From NCBI GenBank assembly GCA_963702005.1, contig OY969696.1:1088001-1152000 (forward strand): a stretch of 64,000 nucleotides of DNA. The letters run 5' to 3'. Below, piece after piece: positions 55,901-64,000 of this stretch. The stretch is from Candidatus Aminicenantes bacterium (GTDB lineage: Bacteria > Acidobacteriota > Aminicenantia > Aminicenantales > JAFGBC01). How positions within the stretch are numbered: the first letter of the stretch is position 1; each line of letters opens with the position of its first letter. The translations under genes were made by a program, and so were the position numbers. Under the pieces are notes generated by a model that was not told where the DNA came from, did not search any database, and was given only the letters and a program-made list of their open reading frames with translations.

Positions 55901-56214
55901 ATTTCGGCGCCTTCCCGCGGCAGGAGCTGTTCACCGCCAAGGAAGGCCGGCGCGTCCTGCGGGAGTTCACCGTCTGCGACGCGGCCGGACGCGCCTTCCG
56001 GGTGGACCGGATCGTCCTTGACGGGGAACGGGCCACCGTCATCGATTTCAAGTCGGGGGACGAGGCCGACCCTTCCCGCCATGCCGAAAAAAAGCGGGCC
56101 GACCGGGATCAAGTCCGCGCCTACCAAAAGCTCGTCGAAGGGGCGATGCCGGGAACCAAGGCGACCGGTCTGCTGGCCTACATCGATCAAGGAGCTTGGG
56201 AGGACGTCGAGTGA
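52975..56214 (+). CDS. addA: UvrD-like helicase with C-terminal nuclease (AddA/RecB-like)
   Basis: ASAGSGKT, AITFTRNAA, LIDEFQDT, VGD.KQAIYGFR, SIHKAKGL, YVALTRA, DRIV..IDFKSG. Confidence 0.85.
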   Translation: MPSRTIKPAPGGTGRAPRVLTPEKALRFPEFVLLKASAGSGKTHALSLRFVQLLLADRVRTLAPADLRNILAITFTRNAAREMKDRILDWLKQCYRGDRAKSEEVLDIVSLGRDELPGRAERTIAAILSRYTDFQVETIDSFMAAVFKASAVDLGYSPDFEIVLDPSELVEYAFYRYLRRVSGRSGEGAVFRVLLEDILANLPQDAAFSWDPTELVLKKLVGLHGALAARPEELIVEDNREGRSRLQGAIAGAADDLAGRIADSGLEPNPRSQWRTRIEPAVRKARFADLVGASFKTLPVKTARGGGAAGAGEAVERSWRRLEGLVNEYKFLFARDFFHPYLTAYRAFAGSLDRVKRERGTVFLDDINKQLAGYIDRGIVPDIYFRLGDRIAHFLIDEFQDTSPVQWLNLRPLVENSLAQNGSLFIVGDTKQAIYGFRDADYRIMRWLEAGQDSFPSVEVEVRELAQSRRCHEAVLDFVKGIFLDKASRHENYAGIASLSGLTDFRQEVLDRDRRSGHVEYIVLEKSASGDEAEDEDAGGAVRPGGGRPDIGEFPERFEIQDRVRDLRARGYAYADIAILTYKNDNVVRVASWLNEVGIPFIPFSSLDIRKRGVIQEVLSLLLFLDSPPDDLSFASFLLGRVLAAKTVRDGPAFEPGHWHRFLFACRRAKESPLYVAFRKRYPDLWDKAFERLFKSVGYYPLYDLVTLAFRVFDVFALFPEEEAALVKLLEAIKDFEGKGRNDLREFLAYAGQGEGDASAWTIDVPSEIDAVKVMSIHKAKGLGFPAVILLLYGERFMPPEFFLGRERDGVRVYKINKDLALADERLKGIYEEAKTRESVNRLNTLYVALTRARSELHVIGVKGRTAGYPFDLLGTEGFASSGSRPPAPKAVPRPEPPAAETLRFNEAPEPTARPSDEPGWGRGVRRGELIHEILAGLEFLKGGWEADIGRIIEGLPLAAPDRPTAEEAGRVLVRYFGAFPRQELFTAKEGRRVLREFTVCDAAGRAFRVDRIVLDGERATVIDFKSGDEADPSRHAEKKRADRDQVRAYQKLVEGAMPGTKATGLLAYIDQGAWEDVE

Positions 56215-59090
56215 AGGTCGAGATCCTCCCGCCCAAGGACGACCTTATCGCCATCCTGGCCGCCCGGCTGCGTCCGGAGGGCAAGGACTACTCCCGGAGC
56301 TGGGTCGTCTTTCCCGAGAAGCGGCCGGCCTTCTACCTTCGTAAGGCCCTGGCCGTGAGGGAGGGGACGGCGTTCGTCCCGCCCCGTATCTTTTCCATCG
56401 ACGGCTTCGTCGACGCCGTCTACGCGGAGAAGCTGGGCGTCCGCGACCGGCCGCTCGGCATCCTGGACGCGGTGGCTCTCCTCTTCGACATCCACCGGGC
56501 CGCTCCCGGCCGGCTGGGCGGGGCCCATTTCCTGTCGCCCGACGCTTTTTTTCCTCTCGGCGTCAAGCTCTTCAATGACCTGGAGGAGCTCCGGATGGCG
56601 GCCGTCCGGCCGGAGGACCTGCTCGGTCTCGACCGCTGGACCGAGGAAACCATCCCCCCCGAGACGCTGGGCCGGCTCCAGTCCCTGTCGTTCTTCTACG
56701 AACGGTTCTATGCGACGCTCAAGGACGCCGGGTTCTCGACCCAGGCTTCCCGCTTCCGGGAAGTCGCCGACGGGCTCGAGCCCGGGCTATTTCCCGATCT
56801 GGACCGCTTCCTCCTCGCCGGATTCTTTTCTCTGACCAAGACGGAGGCGGAGATCCTCAGGGAGCTCCTGGAATGGGACGAGGTTTCGCTTTTCCTCCTC
56901 AAGGGCGCGGGGCTCGAAACTCTCCTCGACACCCTCGGCGTTCGCGACCCCGCCCTTCGCGAAGGCTCGGCCGAACCGGAGGTCGTTCCTCCGGTCTCGT
57001 TCTCCCGGAGTCCGGACGGTCACGGCCAGATCTTCGCCCTCAACAGGGCCCTGGAGGAGACCCTCAAGGACCGCCGCCGCCTTAACGAGCGGCAGGTCAT
57101 CGTCCTCCCGGCCGCCGAGACGCTCTTTCCGCTCCACCAGCAGACGCTGGCCGGGCTGTCCGAGGAGGATTACAACATCTCGCTCGGCTATCCCCTGAGC
57201 CGGACGCCCGTTTACGGCTTCTTCAATACGCTCATGGAGCTCGTCCAGTCCGTCGATGAGGAGGGGCGGGTCTATGTTCCGAACTACCTCCGCTTCATCC
57301 TCCATCCCTACACGAAAAATATTTTCGGCCCCGGCGGAGACCGGCGGTCCGACTTGACCCGGATCCTCTTCCACGCCGTCGAGGAGGAGCTCGTCGCGAG
57401 GAGGACGAAGGTCTTCTGGTCGCTCGAGGAGCTCGAGACCGATCCCGGGATCCGGGCCGGCCTCGAGGCCCGGGTCCGGCGCCTCGAGGGCGCTCCCGAC
57501 GTCGCCGAGCTCCTCGACCATTACAGGGCCGTTCACGACCGCACGATCGGGCCGCTCCGCGACATCCGGGACGTGGCCGATTTCGTCGCCAAGCTGGATC
57601 GCGTCCTCGAGTACATCACCCTTCAAGGCACGGCCCGGCTCCATCCCTTTTTTCATCCCTATAGCGAAGCGCTCAAGGGCCAGCTCGACGCGATGGCCGG
57701 CTCTCTTCTCGGCGACGTCTCGTTCCAGGACAAGGCGAGCTATTTCAACCTGTTCCGCAAGGTCGTCGCGGCCGCCGCGGTCCCCTTCGTCGGGACCCCC
57801 CTGCGGGGACTCCAGGTCCTCGGATTTTGGGAGACCCGCTGCATCCGCTTCGACGAAATCTTCGTGTTGGACATGAACGAGGAAATCATCCCCCCTTACC
57901 GGCGCGGGGACTCGCTCCTTCCCTTCGGGGCCCGCCGGGCGCTGGGGCTGCCGACCTACCTGGACCACGAGCGCCGGATGGAGTACTACCTCGACACGCT
58001 CGTCAAGGGCGGCCGGAAGGTCCATTTCTTCTTCGTCGAGAACAGCGAAAAGGAGCGGAGCCGGTTCGTCGAGAAGCTTATCTGGGACCGGCAGAGGCGG
58101 GAGGGCGGGGCCGAGGAGCCGGTTCGAACCGTCCGTTACCGGGTGGCTCTTCAGTCGGAACGGCCGGCGCCGGTTCCCAAATCGGCGGCCATGGCGGAGT
58201 TCCTGGGCGAATTCAGATTCTCGGCGACCGCCCTGGATGCCTATCTCGCCTGCCCGCTCCGGTTCTACTACGCCTACGTCCTGAAGCTCGAGGAGAGGGA
58301 AGAGGTCACGGAGCGGATGGAGGGGAAAGACGTCGGGAGCCTCGTTCACTCCATCCTGGAAGAGTACTTCAGCCGGTTCGTGGGCAGGACCGTCCGGGCC
58401 GCCGAGTTCAAGACCGAGGACCTCGACGCCCTCATCGAACGCCGATTCCGGGGCCTTTACGGGCCGGACCCGGCCGGCAGCGCCTTCCTGATGAGCCTTC
58501 AGGTCCGGCGGCACCTGGCCGAATTTTTAGCGGAGTATCAGATTCCGAGAGTCCTCGACCTCGAGGGACGGGGGCAGACCCTGCGAATCCTCGGCCTCGA
58601 GCAGAAACTCGAAGCCGAGAAAGACGTCCGCGGCCGGAGCTTTCGCCTGGCCGCGAAAGTCGACCGCTCCGAAATGCGCGGCGACGTCCTGACCATCCTG
58701 GATTACAAGACGACGGCGACCACGGCCTTCCTGAATATTCGCTTCGACCGGCTGGACCCGCGCGCCCGGCCGACCTGGCCCGAGGCCGTCGCCAGCCTTC
58801 AGCTTCCCTTCTACACGCTGGTCTATGCCCAAAACCGCCGTGTGCCGGCCGCCGACGTTCACGGGCTGTTCCTGATGCTGGGAAAGACCCGCCTCGGCCC
58901 TCGGATTGAATTTTCCCCGTTTGATGAAGAAGACCGGGACGCGCGCCAAGGCCAGATGGGCGCCGTGGAAGCCGTCCTCGACGGCCTTCTGGCCGAGATC
59001 GCCGACCCGGCCGCCGCCTTCGATCCCGCCCTCGCCCGCAAAAACGCCTGCGAGCGCTGCGCCTACGCGGCGATCTGCGGGCGGATGTGA
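56211..59090 (+). CDS. addB: AddB-like PD-(D/E)XK nuclease with Fe-S staple
   Basis: FSATALDAYLACPLRFY, KVDR, ILDYKT, LQLPFY, CERCAYAAIC; translationally coupled (GTGA overlap). Confidence 0.8.
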   Translation: MKVEILPPKDDLIAILAARLRPEGKDYSRSWVVFPEKRPAFYLRKALAVREGTAFVPPRIFSIDGFVDAVYAEKLGVRDRPLGILDAVALLFDIHRAAPGRLGGAHFLSPDAFFPLGVKLFNDLEELRMAAVRPEDLLGLDRWTEETIPPETLGRLQSLSFFYERFYATLKDAGFSTQASRFREVADGLEPGLFPDLDRFLLAGFFSLTKTEAEILRELLEWDEVSLFLLKGAGLETLLDTLGVRDPALREGSAEPEVVPPVSFSRSPDGHGQIFALNRALEETLKDRRRLNERQVIVLPAAETLFPLHQQTLAGLSEEDYNISLGYPLSRTPVYGFFNTLMELVQSVDEEGRVYVPNYLRFILHPYTKNIFGPGGDRRSDLTRILFHAVEEELVARRTKVFWSLEELETDPGIRAGLEARVRRLEGAPDVAELLDHYRAVHDRTIGPLRDIRDVADFVAKLDRVLEYITLQGTARLHPFFHPYSEALKGQLDAMAGSLLGDVSFQDKASYFNLFRKVVAAAAVPFVGTPLRGLQVLGFWETRCIRFDEIFVLDMNEEIIPPYRRGDSLLPFGARRALGLPTYLDHERRMEYYLDTLVKGGRKVHFFFVENSEKERSRFVEKLIWDRQRREGGAEEPVRTVRYRVALQSERPAPVPKSAAMAEFLGEFRFSATALDAYLACPLRFYYAYVLKLEEREEVTERMEGKDVGSLVHSILEEYFSRFVGRTVRAAEFKTEDLDALIERRFRGLYGPDPAGSAFLMSLQVRRHLAEFLAEYQIPRVLDLEGRGQTLRILGLEQKLEAEKDVRGRSFRLAAKVDRSEMRGDVLTILDYKTTATTAFLNIRFDRLDPRARPTWPEAVASLQLPFYTLVYAQNRRVPAADVHGLFLMLGKTRLGPRIEFSPFDEEDRDARQGQMGAVEAVLDGLLAEIADPAAAFDPALARKNACERCAYAAICGRM

Positions 59091-59109
59091 TCCGGGAGCG
59101 GAACCGTCC

Positions 59110-60447
59110 TCATCGCGACGGAGCCGGCCTGAACCCGGAGTCGGGAAGGACAATGCGCTGGGCGCGGCCTTTTTGGAACGCGTCCAAACGGAGGAGGTAA
59201 AGCCCGATGCCGGCCGCTCCTTGCATGAGGCCCGTCTGAGCAATCAGCAAATCAGGGCGAACCCGGTGCTCGGCCTGGACCCATTTCATCCGGCCGTCCT
59301 CGACGGTCGCCGCGGCCAGCAACTTGTCCGTGACGCGATCGCAAAAAGCCCGGTCGGCGGGGTCGCGGCCGACTTCAAACAGGCTTAGGAAAAAATCGGC
59401 GACCCCGGCCAGGCCGCAGCAGAGCCCGGCGTTGTTCCAGAACCCGGCTGTCTGCGTCTCGGGAATACCGCTGGCCGTGATGCCGCGGGCGCTTTTACGG
59501 ACCCAATCCATCCAGGACGGATCTTTCGCGGCGAGCGACAGCCGGTAGAAGAGCTGGGCCGTTCCGACCGGGCCGTGGCACCAGCCCAAATAATAAAGAT
59601 CTTTGCCGTCCGGTTCGTGGTGGAAGATGAGGCAGACGTCCCCTTCGGTTTTGGCGACGGAGAGGAGATAGCGCGCCCCGGCCAAGGCCGCGTCGAGGAA
59701 CTCTTTTTGTCCCGTCCGCTCATAGAGGCGGGCCAGGAAAAAAGCGATCCCGGCCGTTCCGTGGGAGAAGTTCGGCATCAGGCGGGGGAATTCGGGATCC
59801 ATGGCCCAGTCCAGCCCTCCGCCCTTGGGCCGGCCCACTTCGACCAAACGACGCCCGGCCTTGATCGCGAGGTCGATTCCATTCGGGTCGCCGAGCTCTT
59901 CGGCGGCGTAGAGGAGGAACAACCCGGTCCCGGCGGTCCCGCTGATGATGTCCGTGACAGGACCCCATTGGACGCCCGCTCCGGCCGGAGCGGCCCCGGA
60001 CCGGATCTTGTCCAAGGCCCGCAGGAATCCGCGCCGATATCGTTCATCCCCGCTAGATTTAAAGACCTCTTCGAGAGTGAACCCGATCCCGGCCACGCCT
60101 TCATAGAGGCCGGCGCCCGTCTCGTCCTCGAGCCGGGCTAAAAGGTCGTCGGCGCCGGCCTTGGCTTTATCGAGAGCCGCCGGATCGCCCGTCGCCGCGT
60201 GGAGCTCGAGGAAGAATAGGATAACGCCCGGCGTGCCCGCGTAGAGAGAGGCGCCGACGGACTTCGGATCGGCCGGGTCCGATGGCCAAGCCAGGCCCTT
60301 TTCCGTCTTGACCTGGACGGAGTCCAGCCAGCGGGCCGCTTTAAGGGCGGCGTCCAGCGCGCGGGTTTCGGCCGCGGATAGGGCGGAGCCCACGACCGAA
60401 AAGAAAATCGCGGAGAGGATGATCTTGACAAGCGGCTTCGACGGCAT
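59110..60447 (-). CDS. Exported lanthionine synthetase C-like (LanCL) protein
   Basis: LY.G..G repeats, NFSHGTAG, GWCHGPVG, GLCCGLAG, GLMQGAAG; signal peptide ALSA|AE; RBS GGAGGT. Confidence 0.85.
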   Translation of the reverse strand: MPSKPLVKIILSAIFFSVVGSALSAAETRALDAALKAARWLDSVQVKTEKGLAWPSDPADPKSVGASLYAGTPGVILFFLELHAATGDPAALDKAKAGADDLLARLEDETGAGLYEGVAGIGFTLEEVFKSSGDERYRRGFLRALDKIRSGAAPAGAGVQWGPVTDIISGTAGTGLFLLYAAEELGDPNGIDLAIKAGRRLVEVGRPKGGGLDWAMDPEFPRLMPNFSHGTAGIAFFLARLYERTGQKEFLDAALAGARYLLSVAKTEGDVCLIFHHEPDGKDLYYLGWCHGPVGTAQLFYRLSLAAKDPSWMDWVRKSARGITASGIPETQTAGFWNNAGLCCGLAGVADFFLSLFEVGRDPADRAFCDRVTDKLLAAATVEDGRMKWVQAEHRVRPDLLIAQTGLMQGAAGIGLYLLRLDAFQKGRAQRIVLPDSGFRPAPSR

Positions 60448-60568
60448 TGCGATTACCTCCGGCCTGGCCCGGCGTCCCCCGGCGAGACCGAGCCTGGGAA
60501 AGATCCGTCTCATGGGGAATATTTAATACCAACGGTCTCGGCAGATCAATAGGGGAACCGGGCCGGGC

Positions 60569-60651
60569 TTGACCCGTTCGCCGATGCTACCCAGCCTTGC
60601 AGTACTCATACTAAGCCGAAAACGGCTTAGTATGGGTGTCGAGGGCTTGAC
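60569..60651 (+). mobile_element. TTGAC-bounded hairpin element, copy 5 (83 bp)
   Basis: TTGACCCGTTCGCCGATGCTACCCAGCCTTGCAGTAC-stem(CATACTAAGCCG AAAA CGGCTTAGTATG)-GGTGTCGAGGGCTTGAC. Confidence 0.8.
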
Positions 60652-60682
60652 TCGAGAACGGTCCGGCTATAAAACTATCGCA

Positions 60683-62161
60683 GTGAATACTATCAAGCCT
60701 CTCCCGGCGGCGCTGGGGGCGTTGGCCGTCGTCGTGGCCCTGTTCATGGGGTTTTTCAACCTCGGCGGCTGGCTTATGAACGACGATGAGGGGACGTATC
60801 TCTATGACGCCTGGCGGGTCAGCCTGGGCGAAATCCCTTACAGGGATTTCTTCGTGTCTCAAACGCCGCTGAGCTTCTATCCGGTCGCCGGGTTGTTCAA
60901 GGCCTTCGGCCCTTCCGTCTGGGCCGCGCGGGCGCTGAGCTATCTGTGCGTCCTGGGAGCGGCCGCCTTGCTTGTTCTTATGTCGCGGCGATTCCTGGCG
61001 ATCGATCCCCTGATTTCGATCGCCGCCGGGTTTATTTTTCTCTTCACCAAGCACGTCTATTTCCTGGGCCGGACGTTCATGCCCGATGACGCCATGCTGC
61101 TCTTGTCCATGGCCGCGCTTTATTTTGCCCTCAAGTCCGAATCGGACGGCGCCCCGGACACGCAGAGGCGGTCTGTCTTTCTCTTCGGCGTCTTCGCCGG
61201 GCTGGCCGCCCTGGCCAAGCTCAACGCGCTGCTCCTCGTCGTCGGCTATCTTTTGTTCCTTCTCATTAAAAGGATGAGGAAAGCTTCGCCGGCCGGGAAC
61301 GCCGCCGGCCGGGGCGCGCTCGCGCTTTCCGGATTTTTTCTGACGTTCGGGCTCCCCTATGCCGTCATGCTGATCGCGATTCCCGGGACGTTCCATGCCA
61401 CGATCGTATTTCACGCCGCCAAGGAGAAGGCCGCGGGCGCTTTGTTGACGCTCGCCCTTTCCCGGATCGTGCAATTCATCGGGAATCATAATTACGGCCT
61501 GATCCTGCCGGCGATCGCGGGTCTGCTCGTGGGCCCGATCTTCAAGAACATGAAACGCGGGCTTCTCTTGTGTCTGCTCTCGGCCGTCCTTCTCCAGGTT
61601 TTCCTTCCCGGAGAATTCTACATTCGGTACGTCGTATTCGTCTTCGCGCCCTTGGCCCTGCTGGCGGCGGGCGGCATTCAAGCCGTCTTCCGGATGAAGG
61701 AGATCCGTTTGGTCTTCCTTCCGGCCGCGGCCGCGCTCATTATTCTTTCGCTGGCGCCCTCGTTCAGCCCGAAAAAACTCATCGCTCGGGACGAGGGGAC
61801 GCGCGCCCTGGCCGCCCTTGTCGAACGGACGACCGGGCCGGGCGATTATGTCTTCGGGGACGATACCGGAATCAATTTTCTCGCCCGCCGCCCCTGCCCG
61901 CCGCGGCTGACCGATGTTTCGGCCGCCATGACCCGCAGCGGCCAGATCAGGGCCGAAGATATCCGGGCCGAGTGCGAGCGGTTCCGGGTCGCCCTCATCC
62001 TGGTCGAAACAGCCGGCCCCGCCCATCACCTGAAAAACCTCAGGGATTACGGCGCGTTCGAGGCCTATCTCAGGGAATCCTACCAGTTCGTGACCGCCGT
62101 CGACAGGGAATTCCTGCGGGTCGAGGTTTACCGGCGGCTGAGCTCCCGGACGGCCTTTTAA
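60683..62161 (+). CDS. GT-C membrane glycosyltransferase (ArnT/PMT-like)
   Basis: DDEGTY, GEIPYRDFF..QTPL, multiple TMs. The ORF-track start (TTG 60569) lies inside the repeat, so GTG 60683 is preferred. Confidence 0.75.
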   Translation: MNTIKPLPAALGALAVVVALFMGFFNLGGWLMNDDEGTYLYDAWRVSLGEIPYRDFFVSQTPLSFYPVAGLFKAFGPSVWAARALSYLCVLGAAALLVLMSRRFLAIDPLISIAAGFIFLFTKHVYFLGRTFMPDDAMLLLSMAALYFALKSESDGAPDTQRRSVFLFGVFAGLAALAKLNALLLVVGYLLFLLIKRMRKASPAGNAAGRGALALSGFFLTFGLPYAVMLIAIPGTFHATIVFHAAKEKAAGALLTLALSRIVQFIGNHNYGLILPAIAGLLVGPIFKNMKRGLLLCLLSAVLLQVFLPGEFYIRYVVFVFAPLALLAAGGIQAVFRMKEIRLVFLPAAAALIILSLAPSFSPKKLIARDEGTRALAALVERTTGPGDYVFGDDTGINFLARRPCPPRLTDVSAAMTRSGQIRAEDIRAECERFRVALILVETAGPAHHLKNLRDYGAFEAYLRESYQFVTAVDREFLRVEVYRRLSSRTAF

Positions 62162-62237
62162 GCCTATCGGAATAATCTCCCATCGAATCGGCGCCCCCGC
62201 ATAGCATCCCTCTATTTGTCGTAGAATCATCAAGCTA

Positions 62238-62267
62238 TTGACAGACGTCCGCCAATTAGGCTAAAAT
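62238..62267 (+). promoter_or_regulatory. sigma70 promoter TTGACA-N18-TAAAAT
   Basis: Near-consensus boxes upstream of the PAS sensor. Confidence 0.65.
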
Positions 62268-62382
62268 AAATCGCAAGGGCAAAGGGCTTTGCTAAGGGAC
62301 ACGATCGAGAGAGGAGGTTTCCTCTGCCAAGAGAGGGAGTTTTCTTTCATTCCCGCCGAACGGAATTAGGGGAGAGTGATCT

Positions 62383-64000
62383 ATGAATCACAAACCCAAG
62401 CCATCTAAATCCACGGCTGTCGTCCGGGATCGGCGCGGCTCGGAACCCGGTAAGAATGCCAAGAACCCGGCGCGCATACCAGAGACAACAATCCGGTCGG
62501 CTCAGGAGTGGTTTCGCGCCACCCTGTACAGCATAGGCGACGCGGTTATCACCACGGATGAGGGCGGTAAAGTCCTGCAGATGAATCCCGTAGCGGAGCG
62601 TCTGACCGGCTGGAGCGAAGCCGAAGCCCGGGGAAAACTCGTGACCCGGATATTCCATATCGTCAATGAAGAGACGGGCCGCTTGGCTGGGGATCCGGTT
62701 AAACGTGTTCTGCGCGAGGGGGCGGTTGTCGGACTCGCCAACCATACGCTGCTCATCGCCCGGGATGGGATTGAGCGTCCCATCGCCGACAGCGGCGCCC
62801 CCATCCGAGACGAGAAAAACAGGATCACCGGTGTCGTCCTGGTCTTTCGCGACCAAACCGACGAGCGCGCCGCGCAGAAGGCCCTGAAGGAAAGCGAGCG
62901 CAAGTTACGCGATATCGTCAGATTCCTGGACGAGGGATATTACTGTTGCAGTCTTGACGGTTTGCTGCTCGAACACAACCTGGCATTCAATCGGATTCTC
63001 GGTTTTGGCCTTGACCGGGATTTAAAAGGGACGCGACTGCCCGACTTTTGGCAGAACCCGGACGAGCGACAGGAATACGTCCGCGAGCTGGCGGCCAGGG
63101 GCACGGTAACGAATTACCTGATAAGCGCGAAGACGGTCGACGGCGGGAAAATGGTTGTCATGGCGAATTCCCACCTCGTGAGAGATGAAAATAACAAACC
63201 GGTTAGGATCGAAGGGACATTTACGGATTTCACCGACCGGAGGCGGCTGGAGGAAAAGGTCGATCATCTCAACCTCGTGCTAAAGTCCATACGCAACGTC
63301 AACCAGCTCATCACCAAAGAGCAGGACCGCGGAAGGCTGATCAAGGGCGCCTGCGACAGCCTCATCGAGAACCGCGGCTATCACATCGCATGGGTCGTGC
63401 TGCTCGGCGAGAACGGGGCGCCTTGGCTTACGGCCGAGGCGGGTCTGGGCGGGGATTTCTCCCTTCTACTGGAACGGTTCAATCGGGGCGAGCTGCCCCG
63501 CTGCGTCAGGGGGGCGATGGCCAAAGACGGCGTGTTCACGATTGACGAAGTTTCCTCCGAATGCGCTGATTGTCCGCTTTCAGGGAAATATGGGGGTCGA
63601 GGAGCGTTAAGTTCCAGGCTGGAGTCCGGCGGAAAGGTCCATGGTTTCTTGACCGTAGCCCTGGCCTCCCATCTCGCGGCCGATAAGGAGGAGCGAACGC
63701 TGTTCCATGAAGCGGCCAATGATATAGCCTTCGCGCTGGGCGGCATCGAGGTCGAGGAAGGCCGGAGGAAGGCGGAGGAGGCGCTTCAAGAAAGCGTGCA
63801 GAAATTTCGGAATGTATTCAATAACTCGTCCCTGGGCATGTCCATTACTTCTATAGACGGCTCGGTGCATGTCAATCGAGCGTTGAGCGAGATGCTGGGA
63901 TATACGATGGAAGAATTATCTCACCTTAGATGGCAGGATTTGACGCATCCGGATGATATTGAATGGACTCAAAAGCATCTTGAGCAACTGCATTCGGGCG
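62383..64000 (+). CDS. Multi-PAS/GAF sensor protein, N-terminal part; runs off the window
   Basis: Not in ORF track. ATG 62383 after GGGGAG gives ...WFRATLYSIGDAVITTD..GKVLQMNPVAERLTGW..EARGK..., IADSGAPIRDE..ITGVVLVFRDQT, then further PAS and GAF-like segments. Confidence 0.85.
   Translation, partial: MNHKPKPSKSTAVVRDRRGSEPGKNAKNPARIPETTIRSAQEWFRATLYSIGDAVITTDEGGKVLQMNPVAERLTGWSEAEARGKLVTRIFHIVNEETGRLAGDPVKRVLREGAVVGLANHTLLIARDGIERPIADSGAPIRDEKNRITGVVLVFRDQTDERAAQKALKESERKLRDIVRFLDEGYYCCSLDGLLLEHNLAFNRILGFGLDRDLKGTRLPDFWQNPDERQEYVRELAARGTVTNYLISAKTVDGGKMVVMANSHLVRDENNKPVRIEGTFTDFTDRRRLEEKVDHLNLVLKSIRNVNQLITKEQDRGRLIKGACDSLIENRGYHIAWVVLLGENGAPWLTAEAGLGGDFSLLLERFNRGELPRCVRGAMAKDGVFTIDEVSSECADCPLSGKYGGRGALSSRLESGGKVHGFLTVALASHLAADKEERTLFHEAANDIAFALGGIEVEEGRRKAEEALQESVQKFRNVFNNSSLGMSITSIDGSVHVNRALSEMLGYTMEELSHLRWQDLTHPDDIEWTQKHLEQLHSG

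Noticed and set aside
52975-59090. Helicase plus Cas4-like nuclease as a novel defence system
   Set aside because: Motifs, sizes and coupling match the housekeeping AddAB recombination complex, with host-like GC
26947-60651. Repeats as a CRISPR array or integron attC sites
   Set aside because: Dispersed single copies, no regular spacers, no cas or intI genes, no RYYYAAC/GTTRRRY cassette organisation
62270-62335. Possible c-di-GMP-I riboswitch upstream of the PAS sensor (GGCAAA, CTAAGG, TGCC fragments)
   Set aside because: Lacks the GAAA-tetraloop stem and GACGCAAAGC core; an Rfam scan would be needed

Overview
High-GC bacterial chromosomal segment. The gene repertoire (carboxypeptidase-regulatory-domain TonB receptor, SBBP-repeat protein, RRM protein, gdh plus PPDK-N pair) suggests an Acidobacteriota/Ca. 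Aminicenantes-like diderm; this assignment is inference. Content in order: 5' end of a TonB-dependent receptor, an OSBS/NSAR enolase-family enzyme, an outer-membrane protein, and a ~20 kb Wzx/Wzy exopolysaccharide locus (AT-rich variable part with an IS481 remnant, PglC/D/E/F-like bacillosamine pathway, beta-barrel + short OPX, Wzc, PHP phosphatase, O-antigen-ligase-like protein). These are followed by TPR and Ntn-hydrolase genes, three tandem paralogous 14-blade secreted beta-propeller genes, RRM and small proteins, gdh/PPDK-N/hybrid kinase, hydrolases, a c-di-GMP pair, AddAB-like helicase-nuclease, a secreted LanC-like protein, a GT-C transferase and a partial PAS sensor. The most striking unexplained structure is a family of five non-coding, modular hairpin elements (467-619, 26947-27029, 31919-32030, 47112-47305, 60569-60651). 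Four are bounded by TTGAC at both ends and the fifth retains only the right TTGAC. In four copies the right-hand TTGAC lies at the -35 position of the downstream gene's putative promoter. A filled/empty site pair is visible inside the window, and a second REP-like hairpin (CAGTAC-stem-GTG) is nested within them.
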